A stretch of DNA of 64,000 nt from Cyanophora paradoxa CCMP329 (Eukaryota; Plantae; Glaucophyta). Below are positions 33,363 through 44,905 of this stretch, one piece after another. The notes beneath the pieces are model-generated. The model saw only the letters and a list, made by a program, of their open reading frames with translations, did not search any database and was not told the origin of the DNA. The translations under genes were made by a program, and so were the position numbers. The stretch covers positions 372,001-436,000 of the forward strand of contig QPMI01000044.1 in the NCBI GenBank assembly GCA_004431415.1, written 5' to 3'. Numbering within the stretch: position 1 is the first letter of the stretch; the number at the start of each line of letters is the position of its first letter.

Positions 33363-35359
33363 ATGGCGTCGTTCTGCAGCCCGGTGCCGCTGCGAGCGGT
33401 GGCACACGCCTCGCCGGCATGTACAGCACGCAGCGTGGAGGTCGCACCTCCGCCCGGGTGCAACAGGGCGGTCGCGCGCCGCGCCTTCCTCGGGCAGCGG
33501 CTGCGGGCGTGTAACAGCGTGCACTTTGAGATAGCAACGTTGAGGAGCCCGCGTATCGTCGCCGAGAGCGGCAAGCAAGACGCCGTCTTCAGGGGCAAGG
33601 AAGTCGACCCAGCGACAGTGGACACGCGCCCGTACGGAGTCAACGAAGGACAGGCCGGCTGGCTGGGTGCGCGCGATCTGCAGCCGCCCGCCGCCGCGTA
33701 CGCTCCTGATCATTAGCTGACACCCGCGCGCAGAGGTCGAACCGGGCTACGCAGTGTGGGTCGAGCGTGCGCATACGCGGCGGGGCTATCTTCTCCCCGT
33801 GCGATTCGATCTTATTGAAAGCTCGCGCAGGGCTCGACCCGGAGGGGAAGAGGATGGGAGGCGTGCGGGCGCCGATCATCCGCCCGAAGCGGGCGACGGC
33901 GCCCCGGCCGACCCTCGTGCTCGATCTCGACGAGACGATGGTGCACAGCTTCGCCGAGGAGACGCGCGACGGGCGCTCCTACGATTAGTGCGCGCGCGAC
34001 CTCCCCGCCGTCCCGCTCGGCTCAGCTCCCAGCGGAGGAATGCGCCCCGAATCTGACGCTCGCGCACTCGCGCTCGCCCGCGCAGCTCGTTTCACATGCG
34101 GCGGCAGTACAGCCCGGGGGGCGGCTTCGAAGTCTACGTCAAGAAGAGGCCGTATGTCGACGAGTTCCTGCGGGAGGCGCGTACCCCGCCCGCCCTTGCC
34201 CCCCCCTCTCCCGCCTTCGCCCCCCCTCCTCCCCCGCTCACCCCCCTGCAGGTCTCTCAGATGTTCGAGCTCATCACCTTCACGGTGCGGCGGCACCCCC
34301 TCCGTTCCTGTACCCCCCTCCTGGGCTCATCCCCCCCTAGGCGTCCGGGACTGCGTACGCGGAACCCGTGTTCGATTTCCTGGAGGAGCCTTTCGGGGGG
34401 GTAGGCGAGCTCTTCGCCCACCGCCTCTACAACCCCGCCACGGTGCGGTACCCCCCGCGCATTCCCCCCACCGGCCGCTCAATCGCGTACACCCCTCCAA
34501 CAGCTTTATTTGAGGGGTAGCTACGTGAAGGACCTCTGCATCCTCGGGCGCGACCTCTCGCGGACGGTCATCATCGACAACAGGTTCCCCGCCCGGGCTC
34601 TCTCTCCCCCCCCTCCTTCCTCCCCCTTCCCCCCCCCCTCCCCCCCATCAAACGCCTCCCTCCTATATTCCTCCGCTCTCTCGGTGCCTTAGCTGGGCTT
34701 CGCTTTCTTCGCCCGTTGCTTCCCTCTGTTCCCTCCGCTCCTTAAGCTGCCCTCCTTAGTCCTGGCTTCCTTAGCCCGCCCCTCCCTCTGCTCCTTCGGA
34801 CCCTTAGGAGCCCGTACCCCTCCCCACCGCGCCCCGGCGGCTCTGAGCGGGGCGCCGCCGCCCCCTCCTCTCTATAGCTTCCTTCCGGGCCTCTCAGACT
34901 CAGATCTGAGTCTGCCCGGATCAGCTCCGTATCCTTTGCTCTAGATCGCTCCCCTGACTGCGGGGCAGCCCGCAGTGGTTCGGGTTCCAGCTCGACAACG
35001 GCATACCCATCCGCTCCTACTACGGCGAGGAGCAGGTACCCCCCTCGAGCTCGAATTCGAATTCGAACTCGAATCGAACTTTGTTCGCGCAGGACGACTC
35101 GCTGCTGCGGCTCCTACCCCTCCTCCGCGAGATCGCCGCCGCCGACGACGTCCGCCCCATCATCCGGAGGTCCGATTCGATCTGATCTCACCTGAGCCCG
35201 AGCCTAGCCCGGCCTCACCTGAGCCCGAGCCTCTTTTGAACGCGCGCTCGCAGGGAGTTTCCCTTGTACAAGAACCCGCATGCGGCGAAGCTGCGGCTGG
35301 GGCGGCGCGAGGACAACCCGTTGTACCGCAAGGACCCCCCGCCCCCGCACGGCGTGTAG
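33363..35359 (+). CDS. SCP/CTDSP-like (NIF, HAD superfamily) phosphatase with N-terminal plastid-transit-like extension
   Basis: PTLVLDLDETMVHS (DxDxT), VYVKKRPYVDEFLRE|VSQMFELITFT|AS..YAEPVFDFL, LFAHRLY, GSYVKDLCILGRDLSRTVIIDN|SP..FGFQLDNGIPIRSYYG, DDSLLRLLPLLREIAAADDVRPII. Confidence 0.9.
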
Positions 35360-35905
35360 GAGGGGGCGCTGGCGCGCGCGCGGAGGGCGCGGCTCGAGGA
35401 GCTCCGTTAGCTTAATCCTTATATGAACTATGATTGAATCATGTGGCAGTCTTGGAATAATTGGTGTGCGTTGATGAAGAGCGCCGGGTGCGGGTTCTCT
35501 GCTTACTCATGATGTGATGTTGTTTCGGTCTCTGCGCTCTTCGGTCCGGGATCCGGATCCATTTCTTGTCCCCTTTCCCCCTTCCCCCCTTAAGCTTCCC
35601 CCCCCCCCCCCATTCCCTCCCCCCCTTAAAGAGCTTAATTAAAGATTGCTGCACTGCGGCATCTGCGCATGCATCTTCGAGATACAGAGTACACGGTCAG
35701 CTCAATATTTACAGTATTTACAGCCTGGCAGGCCCTATACAAGGGCCTCTAGATCTGCGAAAACATGCGAATGCGATGTTGATATCGATGCGAATCGCAA
35801 ATGCGGGGACGACTCGGCGATCGCGAGCTGGCCGGCGCCATGGCAGGGAGCGAGGGATCGCGAGCTCGAGGATGCTGCTCTATAGCTAGATCTATATATA
35901 TATAG

Positions 35906-36950
35906 CTACTCCATGGCGAGGACGTCGCATTCAGTGTCCGGCCCGCACTCGGTACCGGTGTTCTCGATCGGCGGCCCCGCGTAGGGGTGGCCCTCGGCCT
36001 CGACGGCGCGGCAGGCGAACTTGTTGCCAAACGTGCCCGGCCCGCAGTCTGGATTCTGATAGAGCTCAGCGGCGAGTGAATGGAAAAACTGCATCAGATT
36101 TGAAACTCGCCGCTCGCAATCAATATTGCAATATTGTCACAGTGTTTCTGTTTGAGCTGAGAGCTCGACTCGGCGAGCTCGCGATCGTTTTCGCGAATCT
36201 TATCCGATACAATGGCGCCTCTTGCTTTATATTACCTAGAACTATAGCTATTTCTAGTAACGTTATTCACGCACCGTATCCGCGGATGACGCGCAGGAAG
36301 AGCGGGGGGCCGGAGGGCGCCGACACAGTTCCGTCGGGGCGGACGAGGCTCGCGGTGCAGGCGTAGCGATCGCCGACGGTCCACGTCGGGAGGACTTGGG
36401 GAGAAATGTAGTCAGGAAGATCAAGGCCCTCTAGCTGCGCGCGCGCGATACGTATACGTGACGGACGATAGAATTTGTGGCGCACCTGCAGTCGGGGTGA
36501 ACAGGTCCACGGTAAAGTACATTGTGAGCGAGCCAGTTCCGTCAGAGGTGACGAGCTCGGAGGCGTCGAAGCTGGGACCGGAGCCGAGGTTTCGGCAGAG
36601 CAGGGTGGCCGTGTAATCGGTGCCTTCGACGCCTGCAAGGGCTGCTTGGAAGCCGATGACCAGTTCGACCAGGACGCTCTCTTTCAGGTCGCAGCCCCAA
36701 TGAAAATTCGAAGTCTGGTCGCCCCATTGCGACAACTGCTTCCGCAGCCACAGCCCATCGACGCGAGAGTTGTCTGGGAGAGGCCCCGCGGTCAATGCCG
36801 CGGCGCGCGGATCATGGAAGCGATAAATATAGTTGTATAAATAAGATCCGAGAGGACGCACGCACCAGCTGCAGCTGCAGCTGCAGCTGCGCTCGAGGCG
36901 ATGAGAACGGCGACAATTGCGGTGGCGTAGAAAAGCGCGGCGCTGCGCAT
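35906..36950 (-). CDS. Secreted Cys-containing hypothetical protein
   Basis: Signal peptide MRSAALFYATAIVAVLIASSAAAAAA. Exons ALTAGPLPDNSRVDGLW..., GLDLPDYISPQVLPTW..., ..YQNPDCGPGTFGNKFACRAVE...ECDVLAME*. Confidence 0.6.
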
Positions 36951-37189
36951 GCGGCCCGCCATCGCGCAGGAATGCAGGCCTAGGACTGCAGCAGAAATGC
37001 TTCGCTGAAGCTGCTCAGCGGCTCGCGATTGCGAGCTCGAGAACGCGCCATGGCCGCATGTACATGCACCACGTGAACCAGTTTAATCTCGCGTCACGCG
37101 CGCGTCACGGCGTCCGGCAGTCACAAGAAGTTTCCTTTGCGCGTCACGCGTCAGTTCCGCCTTCGAACCAGTTCAGGCGCTCCCAAATA

Positions 37190-38445
37190 TCAATTTACTA
37201 TAGCTAAGTCATCCGCGCGCACTGCTTTGGCCATCTCCGCGCGCACTGCTCTGGTCATCTCGTCGAGGGCGGCGCCAAGGCCCTGATCATGAGGGCGGCC
37301 GCGACAGCGCCTAGCATGGAACCTTCTGCGCCGACAGTCGCCCCGCGTCGAACTGCCGCCAGTGCGAAGGAAATCAGAGCGAAGTAAACGCGAATCGATA
37401 TCGATATTCGAGATTTAGGCGAGCAGCCGCGCACGCGCGCGGTTCTGGGCGGTGGCGCCGGCGCCATTTACGTACTTCCCCTTCATAAGTCGCCCTTCAT
37501 AGAGCTCAGGCTCCGAGGCTCCGAGCTCAGGTCGCCCTTCATACGCTTCGCGCGCCGTCTGCGCGTGGCTGCGCGTGCCGCGCAGTGCTTGCTCTGAAAT
37601 AATTACGAGATGTGCGATATTCACGACGTCTATAAACGCAAAATCCAAGCGTCTGATCATCCAAGGCTTGTGCTTGCAAATTGGGTTATTCGATCTAAGA
37701 ACTTTTCGGAAGCCAGAAGTCTGCATAATTGTTGAATAAGCTTCGGGCGCCGGCGGACTGGGGCAGGGCCTCCTCAAATTTAAGAGCTCGTCCCAAACGC
37801 GCCCGACGGGACCGTATACGTAGAACGGCTGCGACAGCGTCTGCGTGCACGCGCTTCGAGTAATTTGATTGTTCGAGTTCGGAGGGGGGCGGCGTTCCGT
37901 CGTCATGTGTACAGTCTGCCCTCCCCTATCTAAGCGACCGGGCAGTGGCTGCAGCTGTCGACTTGGGCGTGTTCCGAAGTACTGCCCCACGACCCTCACG
38001 TGCACGCTGCGCCATCGCAGTGCAGGCGGCCACGTTGCCACTTTAGCGGGGTCGACGGTCTTATCGGCCGGGGGCTTGGGGTACCGGGCTATAGCTAGTT
38101 TCGCGGGCTGGCCATGGGGCACCACCGTGGCACGACCTCGTTGACGTTCTGCCGTTATCATGGTATAATTAGACATTAGACGTCGACGCTCTTCCACCGT
38201 ATCGTCGCGGCGTAGGTTCGTCCCCGAACATGCGCGCAAAACGAAATCGCGATCCCAGTAGCGCGAAAGCGGTTGAGCTTGCGAAATTGTAAAGACCAAC
38301 TTCTATTGTAAAAGCTTGCGAAATTGTAAAAGACCAATTGTAAAGACGCGATCTCGGGAGCGCCCTGCATGTAGGTGCGCCGCTGCCCGCAGCCGAGCAC
38401 GCGTGACCGAGCCGAGGGGTCGCGCGCGAGGGGAGGACTCTGCAC
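37190..38445 (-). CDS. Hypothetical protein (multi-exon)
   Basis: 294-aa ORF of non-low-complexity composition (QPLSRYWDRDFVLRAC..., QPFYVYGPVGRVWDELL...) with plausible in-frame introns. No family recognised. Confidence 0.35.
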
Positions 38446-38754
38446 ATGTGCGTGCCACTAGGACTCTTTCATTAGATCCCGGTTCCCCCCTTGCACCCCC
38501 GGCGCGAAAATCGCGGCCGGGCCACTAGTATTCTGAGCTCGAGAGCCTCGATGCTCGGAGGGCATGCTTAAAAATATTAGAGGAGGAGCGATCGCGAGCT
38601 ATACGCGCACGGCGCTGGCGCCGCGAATTCGAACTCCGTATGCGAAGCGCTAGCAGCGCGACATTAACGCATATTCAAGCAGAAGGGTGCGACTTTTGCG
38701 CGCGTTCCAGAAGGGTGCGCATTTCGATTCGAATTCGTATATATACGCTCAAAA

Positions 38755-41402
38755 ATGACTTTCGCTCCGGATACCGATCCTTCAGCTTCCAGCGGGGCTC
38801 CCATGCACGCGATCATCCCGAAACCGAACAAGCGGCCGCGCGAAGAAGCCGTCGTCGCGGGCGGAATCGATATCGATGCATATGGCGGCGCGGACATTCT
38901 GGTCGATCGCGAGGGCGGCGGCGCGAGCGACGTCGGCAGCGGCGCGAGCGTCGAAGACATCGACAACGGCGAGGACGGCGGCGGCGCGAGCGCTAGCAAT
39001 AGCGGCTGCAGCGCGCTCGAGCAGATGCCCGACAACGTCCTCTGCTGCATCCTGAACCACGTCGGCCTCGACGAGCTCCTCGAGCACTGCCTCTGGACCG
39101 TGTCGCGCCGCTTCCTGCTCCTGATCCGCTTCGTTGGCGTCGGCGCCATTTTCGAGGGGGCCCTCGCCGCGCATCAGCTCGTCCCTGAACGCGAGGACAA
39201 ACACGACGAGCTTTTCCGCCTGGCGTCCCTCGGACGGCTGGGAATGCTCTCCGGCGCTGCCAGCCTCGAAATTTCGCTGGAGATGCTGCACACGTTTCTC
39301 GTCGGAACCAACTGCGAGCGAGTCCTCACGCAATTCCTGCGCGACGAAGGCCGCAAGATGTCGAGGATCAAGATCAGCGCCGACATCTACGACGGCTACA
39401 GCGGGTTCGATTCCGAGGAGGATGAACTGGACTTCGCCGAAGAGTGCCTCACGTGGGCGCGCGAGATCTTTCAGATTACCTGCATGGGTGCGAATTCACG
39501 TTTTCGCGGCAAATATTTATATGCATATGTTCAATTAGGATTTATGAATACTCGAATTGAACCAACCCTAGCTATAGGCCTTGTTCTAATCCTTAAGCTT
39601 GCTGGCACTTCGAATTCGTGCATTCGTTCATTGGAATTCGCTCTAAGAAACATTTCTGCTTTAATTTTCAGGTCTCGCTGGTACTTCGTCCCTTCGTTCG
39701 CTGGAATTCAATTATATCGCTGTCGGACCCCATCCCATTCCTTCTGCGGATCAGCTGCGCCTCTTCCTGTCCGGTCTCGCCGGTGCGCGCGCCATTTGAT
39801 GTAAATCATCTCTGAAAATTTGAACTCAACCGCCTGCGCAGGCCTGGAGGAGCTCACGCTCCCGTCGCAGCTCGTCCTGAAGACCTCCGCGATCGACGCC
39901 GTGGCTCGCGCCCTCCCGAGGCTCAAGCGGCTCGCCTTCGGGCGCTGGGAGGGCCACTCCGGCTGCCCCATGGGCTGCCTCTCTCCCTTTGCCGAGCTCG
40001 AGGAGCTGAACGTGCAGAGCGCCTCGCACGTGCCCTACGGCGCCCCGTCCCTCCCCAGCCTCCGCGTCCTCCGCGTCGGCGCCGGCAGCCGAACCGTCCC
40101 CAACACAGCGAGCTACGACCGGTTCCCGGATCGCCGGAGTTTGCAGCTGCGGCTGGGGAACATGCCTCTTCTCGAAGAGCTTAATATCGCGGTGCGCCGG
40201 TTTGTTACAGCCTTTATATGATTTTGTTATAGCCTTAAGGTGCGCCGGTTATAGCCTTAAGGTGCGCCGGTTTGTTATAGGCTTTATATGATTCTGCAGC
40301 GTAAATAAAGTCTAATTTACGTATACGTACGCCGCGGCCTGCCGCGGCTCTCGCTGTTTATGATTTGGCAGCATGGATCTATGCACGGGCAAATTAAAGT
40401 CTAATTTATAATTACGTATCTCAGATGGACGCGGCTTCGTTCTTGGACGCGGCGGCGCCGCCGCCCGCGCCCGCCCTGAAGCGGCTCGGCGTTACCCTCG
40501 TCTCGCCCGGCCCCTTCGAGCCGCTCTGCCGCGTGCTTTCTTCCTTGAAGAACCTCGAGGTGCATTGTAATTTTCGCGCCCAGTTTCGCGGACCTGCCTG
40601 CAGCTGTACCGAGCACCAGTTTCGCGTCTCGAATTTTGCGCCTAGTTTCGCGGGGGCCCGGCCCAGCCTGCCTCGTACCGACGATCGCGACCCGCGTTCT
40701 CGTGTTTTTCGCATGCAGGAGCTCAGCGTCCGCTTCGTCGTCAATGTGCCGTCGCTCGAGGCGGCCGCCATCGCCCGCGCGGGGGCCGGGGCGCTGGTCG
40801 CCTGGAGCCACGACTTCCACGTAGGCGCGATCGCGAAGACTATCTAATATATATCTATCTATCTGAGATAGATAGATATCTGGTAGATTGCTATAGATAT
40901 CTATAACGCCATCTATCTATCTAATGACGAATTCCACGTGCACGTAGGCGCCGCCGCGGGCAGGACGCCCCTCTCGCGGGCGGAGGCGGCGGCGCTCGCC
41001 GCCTGCCCCAAGCTGACCTCCGCCACGCTCTGCCACCCGTTTCCCGATCGTGAGCACGCTTCGGACTTGGACGAATTCGAATTCGGAGGAGAGCTCGCGG
41101 CATACCGCGCGCTGGGGCGCCTCCTGTACCCCGCCTTCGGCAAGCACCTCCGCTTCTGCCTGCACCTCGGCCAGCCCGCCGCGCAGGTCGACGTCGCGTT
41201 CGAATTCCATCCCTCGGCAAAGTTCAATTAAATCCTGCTCATAATTTGCCTATATGAATATTTCTCCTATATACCTATATATAGAGTTTAAGTCAAGCAC
41301 CTCAACCAGCCCGCGGCGCAGGTCGCGGCGCTGCGCCAGATCGCCCCCCACGCGGATTTTGTCGGCCCCAACGCGGCCGCCGGCGCCGCGCACGTGCATT
41401 AA
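38755..41402 (+). CDS. F-box / LRR (RNI-like) protein
   Basis: F-box-like LEQMPDNVLCCILNHVGLDELLEHCLWTVSRRF, then LxxLxL repeats GLEELTL, LPRLKRLAF, ELEELNV, LPSLRVLRV, MPLLEELNI, ALKRLGV, LKNLE, CPKLTSATL. Confidence 0.72.
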
Positions 41403-42106
41403 TTTTAATATATATATTTGCACACCAGCGACGCTGAACCTACTTATAATTAAATCGAAAATCGACCGCCGGCGCCGTGCACGTGCATGTGTGCGTGCAC
41501 AACAGCGAAGCTGAATCTAATTAAAATCAAAACTCACGCGTACGATCCATCGCAATGTGATCATAATATCCAATAGAGCGGTCGACGTCGCAGTTCGCGG
41601 GGCAGCTGCAGAGGCGCCCGGCGACGAGTTAACGTTCCCGCAAAGGTGATCGTGCATGCGCATGTGACTCGGTACCGGTGATCGATATTTCATTATCAAA
41701 TATATGCATGCTCGATTTATATCCGAGCTGCAGCGGTCAACGGCTACGGGGGCCTCGAGTGCCCGGGGCCCCCAGCTGCACTGCGCGCGGCAGCCCGGCT
41801 TCCGCCTACATATCATTTTCTTGCACATATGCATATGCATGGCGTAACTGCAAGAGGCCACACGCGCGCGCGCCCCTGCAGCTGACAGATTTGAAAAGCT
41901 GGAAACACACTGGCGACAGATCTAGAGGACTGTGTATGTAAATGTACATTTGCGAAAAAAGATCGCCGAGTCGGTCTTACTGTGTTATCGTTTGATTTAA
42001 CTACCTATAGCTACGGAGGGTTCGCCTCACCGCAGTCTCTAAAAAAGGTCTTCATGATCATAAATGGAGGATCACTCGTATAACATAACGGTAGCTAGGG
42101 CGAAGC

Positions 42107-44522
42107 TTAAGGCTGATCAAGACCGCCCGAAGACGTTGCCGAGAGCTTTGAGCGGGAGCGCTTGAGCTTCAGCACGGAGGCGCCCGCTGCCACAAAAGAG
42201 GCGGCAAAGAACACGGCCAGAAGAACCGCCGCCGCCGCCGCGTTCGACGATGTCTTCTTCGCCATCAGCGTCGCCAAAATACTGCAGAATAATCGTCGTC
42301 AGGCTCGGCCACACGCTTAAGCTAAAGCCGCCGGGCCCGGACGAGACACTGCACTCACTATTCAACGAAGCTGAGGCCGACGTCTGGCACAGCAGCCGGC
42401 TTGTAGAGCTCCCTCATCTTCGGATCGCTGTAGAAAACGCGGCATCCTGCGCGGAGCGAATTCGAATGCTCGTATGCCAACGAGCGGAGGCTAATCGGGC
42501 TTAGATAGTTTCAATTAAAGAGTGTCTCACGAGAGTAATCGACGGAGAGGCCGCCGAGGTCCAGGGACCGAGACGAGAAGCGGGCCTGGAGGCTGCTCAC
42601 GGCCTCCCCGACTGTCGGGCCGGGGCCGGGGAGGATCTGCGGCTCTAAAGTAAGATTTTGCGTCCTTTTACACAAAGAGCAGCGAACGAAAGGAGAATTC
42701 GCTTATCATCTTATCGCTCATCGCTTGTATAAACAAAAGAGCAGCAGTAAGAATTCGCTTATCATCGTATATTAAAACAAGAGCAGCAAACGAAATGAGA
42801 AAGCTTGCCTTGAAGCTCAGGATGACGCTGCCCGGGAGTACGTTAAGGACGACGATGCGGTCCACGGAAATCTGCTCGAAATTCAGGTTAGAGCTCTATA
42901 GCTCATTCAGGACCGAACAGGAAAGAATATTTTCGCACGCGCCCCTGCGGCTGCGGCGATGCCCCGGATGAAGGAGTTTTGCAGAAGAGCCGACGCGATC
43001 CACTTGTTGAAGTCAGAGAAGATGGTGATCTGATATATATATATATATGGCGTGAGCTGCATTGTGAAAGACACGAAGAACCGAGCTCGAGGGCCAGCGC
43101 GCACCTGGATTAGATCCGAAGACCCGGGGCCTGGGACCTTGGATGCCTGGTAGTAATAAAGTTAATGAAAGTGCATTCAAGATACTATAAAAGCGAACCA
43201 GGGAATTGATGAGGGCCATCGGCTGGTCGGCGTTGAGATCGGCGGGGGGCTGCCATGGCATGGGTTCCGGCAGCGGGGGCAGCGGCGTCTCTGGGGCGGG
43301 GGCCGGGGGCTGAGGCGCGGGCGGCGCCGGGGCGGGGGCAGGGGGTTCCGGCTGCGGAGGGGCTGGCGCAGGTGCCGGGGGGCCGGCTCCGGGGCGGGCG
43401 GCTGGGGCTGAGGGGGGGCCGGCTGGGGCTGAGGGGGGGCCGGCTGGGGCGCCGGTGGCTGGGGGATGCATCCAGGGCTGTTGGGGGTGCTGCCGGGGCG
43501 AGTTATTGATTAATGTTTAGCAGTGCGAGAGGAGGGGTTGGGGTTGGGGGGGGGGGGGGGGGGGGGGGGGAACCTGTCTGCGTAGCTGGGGTGCGTGATG
43601 TCATCCTGGCGGGCCGGCGTGTCGTCGATCTTCCAAACACAGCAGGGGTCTGCACATGCCCAGCGAGTGGTTAAAATTTTCAAGACCAAAGCATGCATAT
43701 GGATGAAGAGTGGAGGAATAATGTGCACCTCCTAGCTCCCAGCTACATACACGCGCGGTTGCAAGAAGAGGGCGGGTTACAAGAATTCGAAAGAAGTGCG
43801 AAGCGACACATACGAGACCCACCCATTATGATATCCATCGTCATCACTGAGGGATATTATCAATAAGCTGTGACTCAAGACCTTAGCCGCTGCGAGCCTC
43901 GCAGGCGCACCTGTCCATATGGCAGAGCCTGTGCCATTCCTTCTTCGCATGATGGTAGTCTTTGCCTGACCATGGACCGAGAAGCCCGTGTAAGCAGAAG
44001 TGTAATTATATGCAGAGACCTGAGGTCTTAGATTCCGCCGCTAAGTTGAAAGCGGCTAGCGCTAGGCCGGCGCCCGGACTGGCTTTTGCTGTCAAGTCAT
44101 GGTCGGGCCACGTGCACACGAACCGAAATAATTGATGTGGGACCCGTCGAGGAGGCGGCGGGCGCCCGCGGCCGGCGCCGTGGCCATGGCGGGCATGTCG
44201 TCTCCGCCGTGGTGCTTGTGCTTCTTCCCGTCCGGCGTGCAGTGGCCGCTCGCGGGCCACGGCGTGGTCCCCCGCATCACCTGCAGTCGCGCGCGCGCGC
44301 GGCGCTGTGATTACGAGTGCTCCCTCGAGATCCGATGATCTCTCGCCGCACCGCGGCTCGAGCGAAAGCGCACACGGCGCGCGCGCAACGCACCATCATT
44401 CCGTTCGGGATTCGTTTCATGTCGCGGGGATGAGCGTCCGCCGGCTGAGTCGCAGAGAGCAGAACCACCAGAGCCAACGCCGCGAAGGCAAAAGCATGAG
44501 CCCTCGACGCCGACGCCGGCAT
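42107..44522 (-). CDS. Temptin-domain type I membrane protein (signal peptide - temptin - Pro-rich stalk - SEA-like - TM)
   Basis: Signal AFAFAALALVVLLSATQPADA|HPRDMKRIPNG..WPASGH..INYFGKDY..EWHRLCHMDSDDDGYHNGWELGDPCCVW..DITHPS (temptin-like). Pro/Ala stalk 43255-43490. FIRGIAAAAGISVDRIVVLNVLPGSVILSF (SEA-like GSV). TM AAAAAVLLAVFFAASFVAAGASVL followed by KLKRSR. Confidence 0.75.
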
Positions 44523-44905
44523 CGCGCCTCGCAGGCGGACTAGGCCTAGGAATCCGACGGCCATGCTATTGCAGCTGCAGTTGGCCTAGGCGCCTGCGAT
44601 CGAAATCGCTGTGGCCTCCCGGAGTCCGAGGCTCGCGCGCGCGCGCCGTGGAAGCGCCGGCGCTTCTAGATCTACAGCTTAGCCTGCTGCTGCTGAGCAA
44701 GATTCGGCAAGAAGCCGCCTGCTTCGCCGCGGATCGACGGGCGGCCAGCGCGCGCCCGCAATGGCGCTGAGCGTGCCCGCCCACCCCTCCGCGGACTCAG
44801 TGACGTACCCCCGAGACACGCGCCCATTTTTTTCCCGCCGGCTTCTGCGCTGCGCATCCGGCGTCTAGATCTGCGACCGCGGCAGGCGAGTCGGAGGCGA
44901 CGACG

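Noticed and set aside
30578-44522. Mating-type locus idea (RWP-RK as MID-like plus pheromone-like temptin)
   Set aside because: The RWP-RK protein is much longer than MID and nothing in the sequence shows sex linkage; association by name only.
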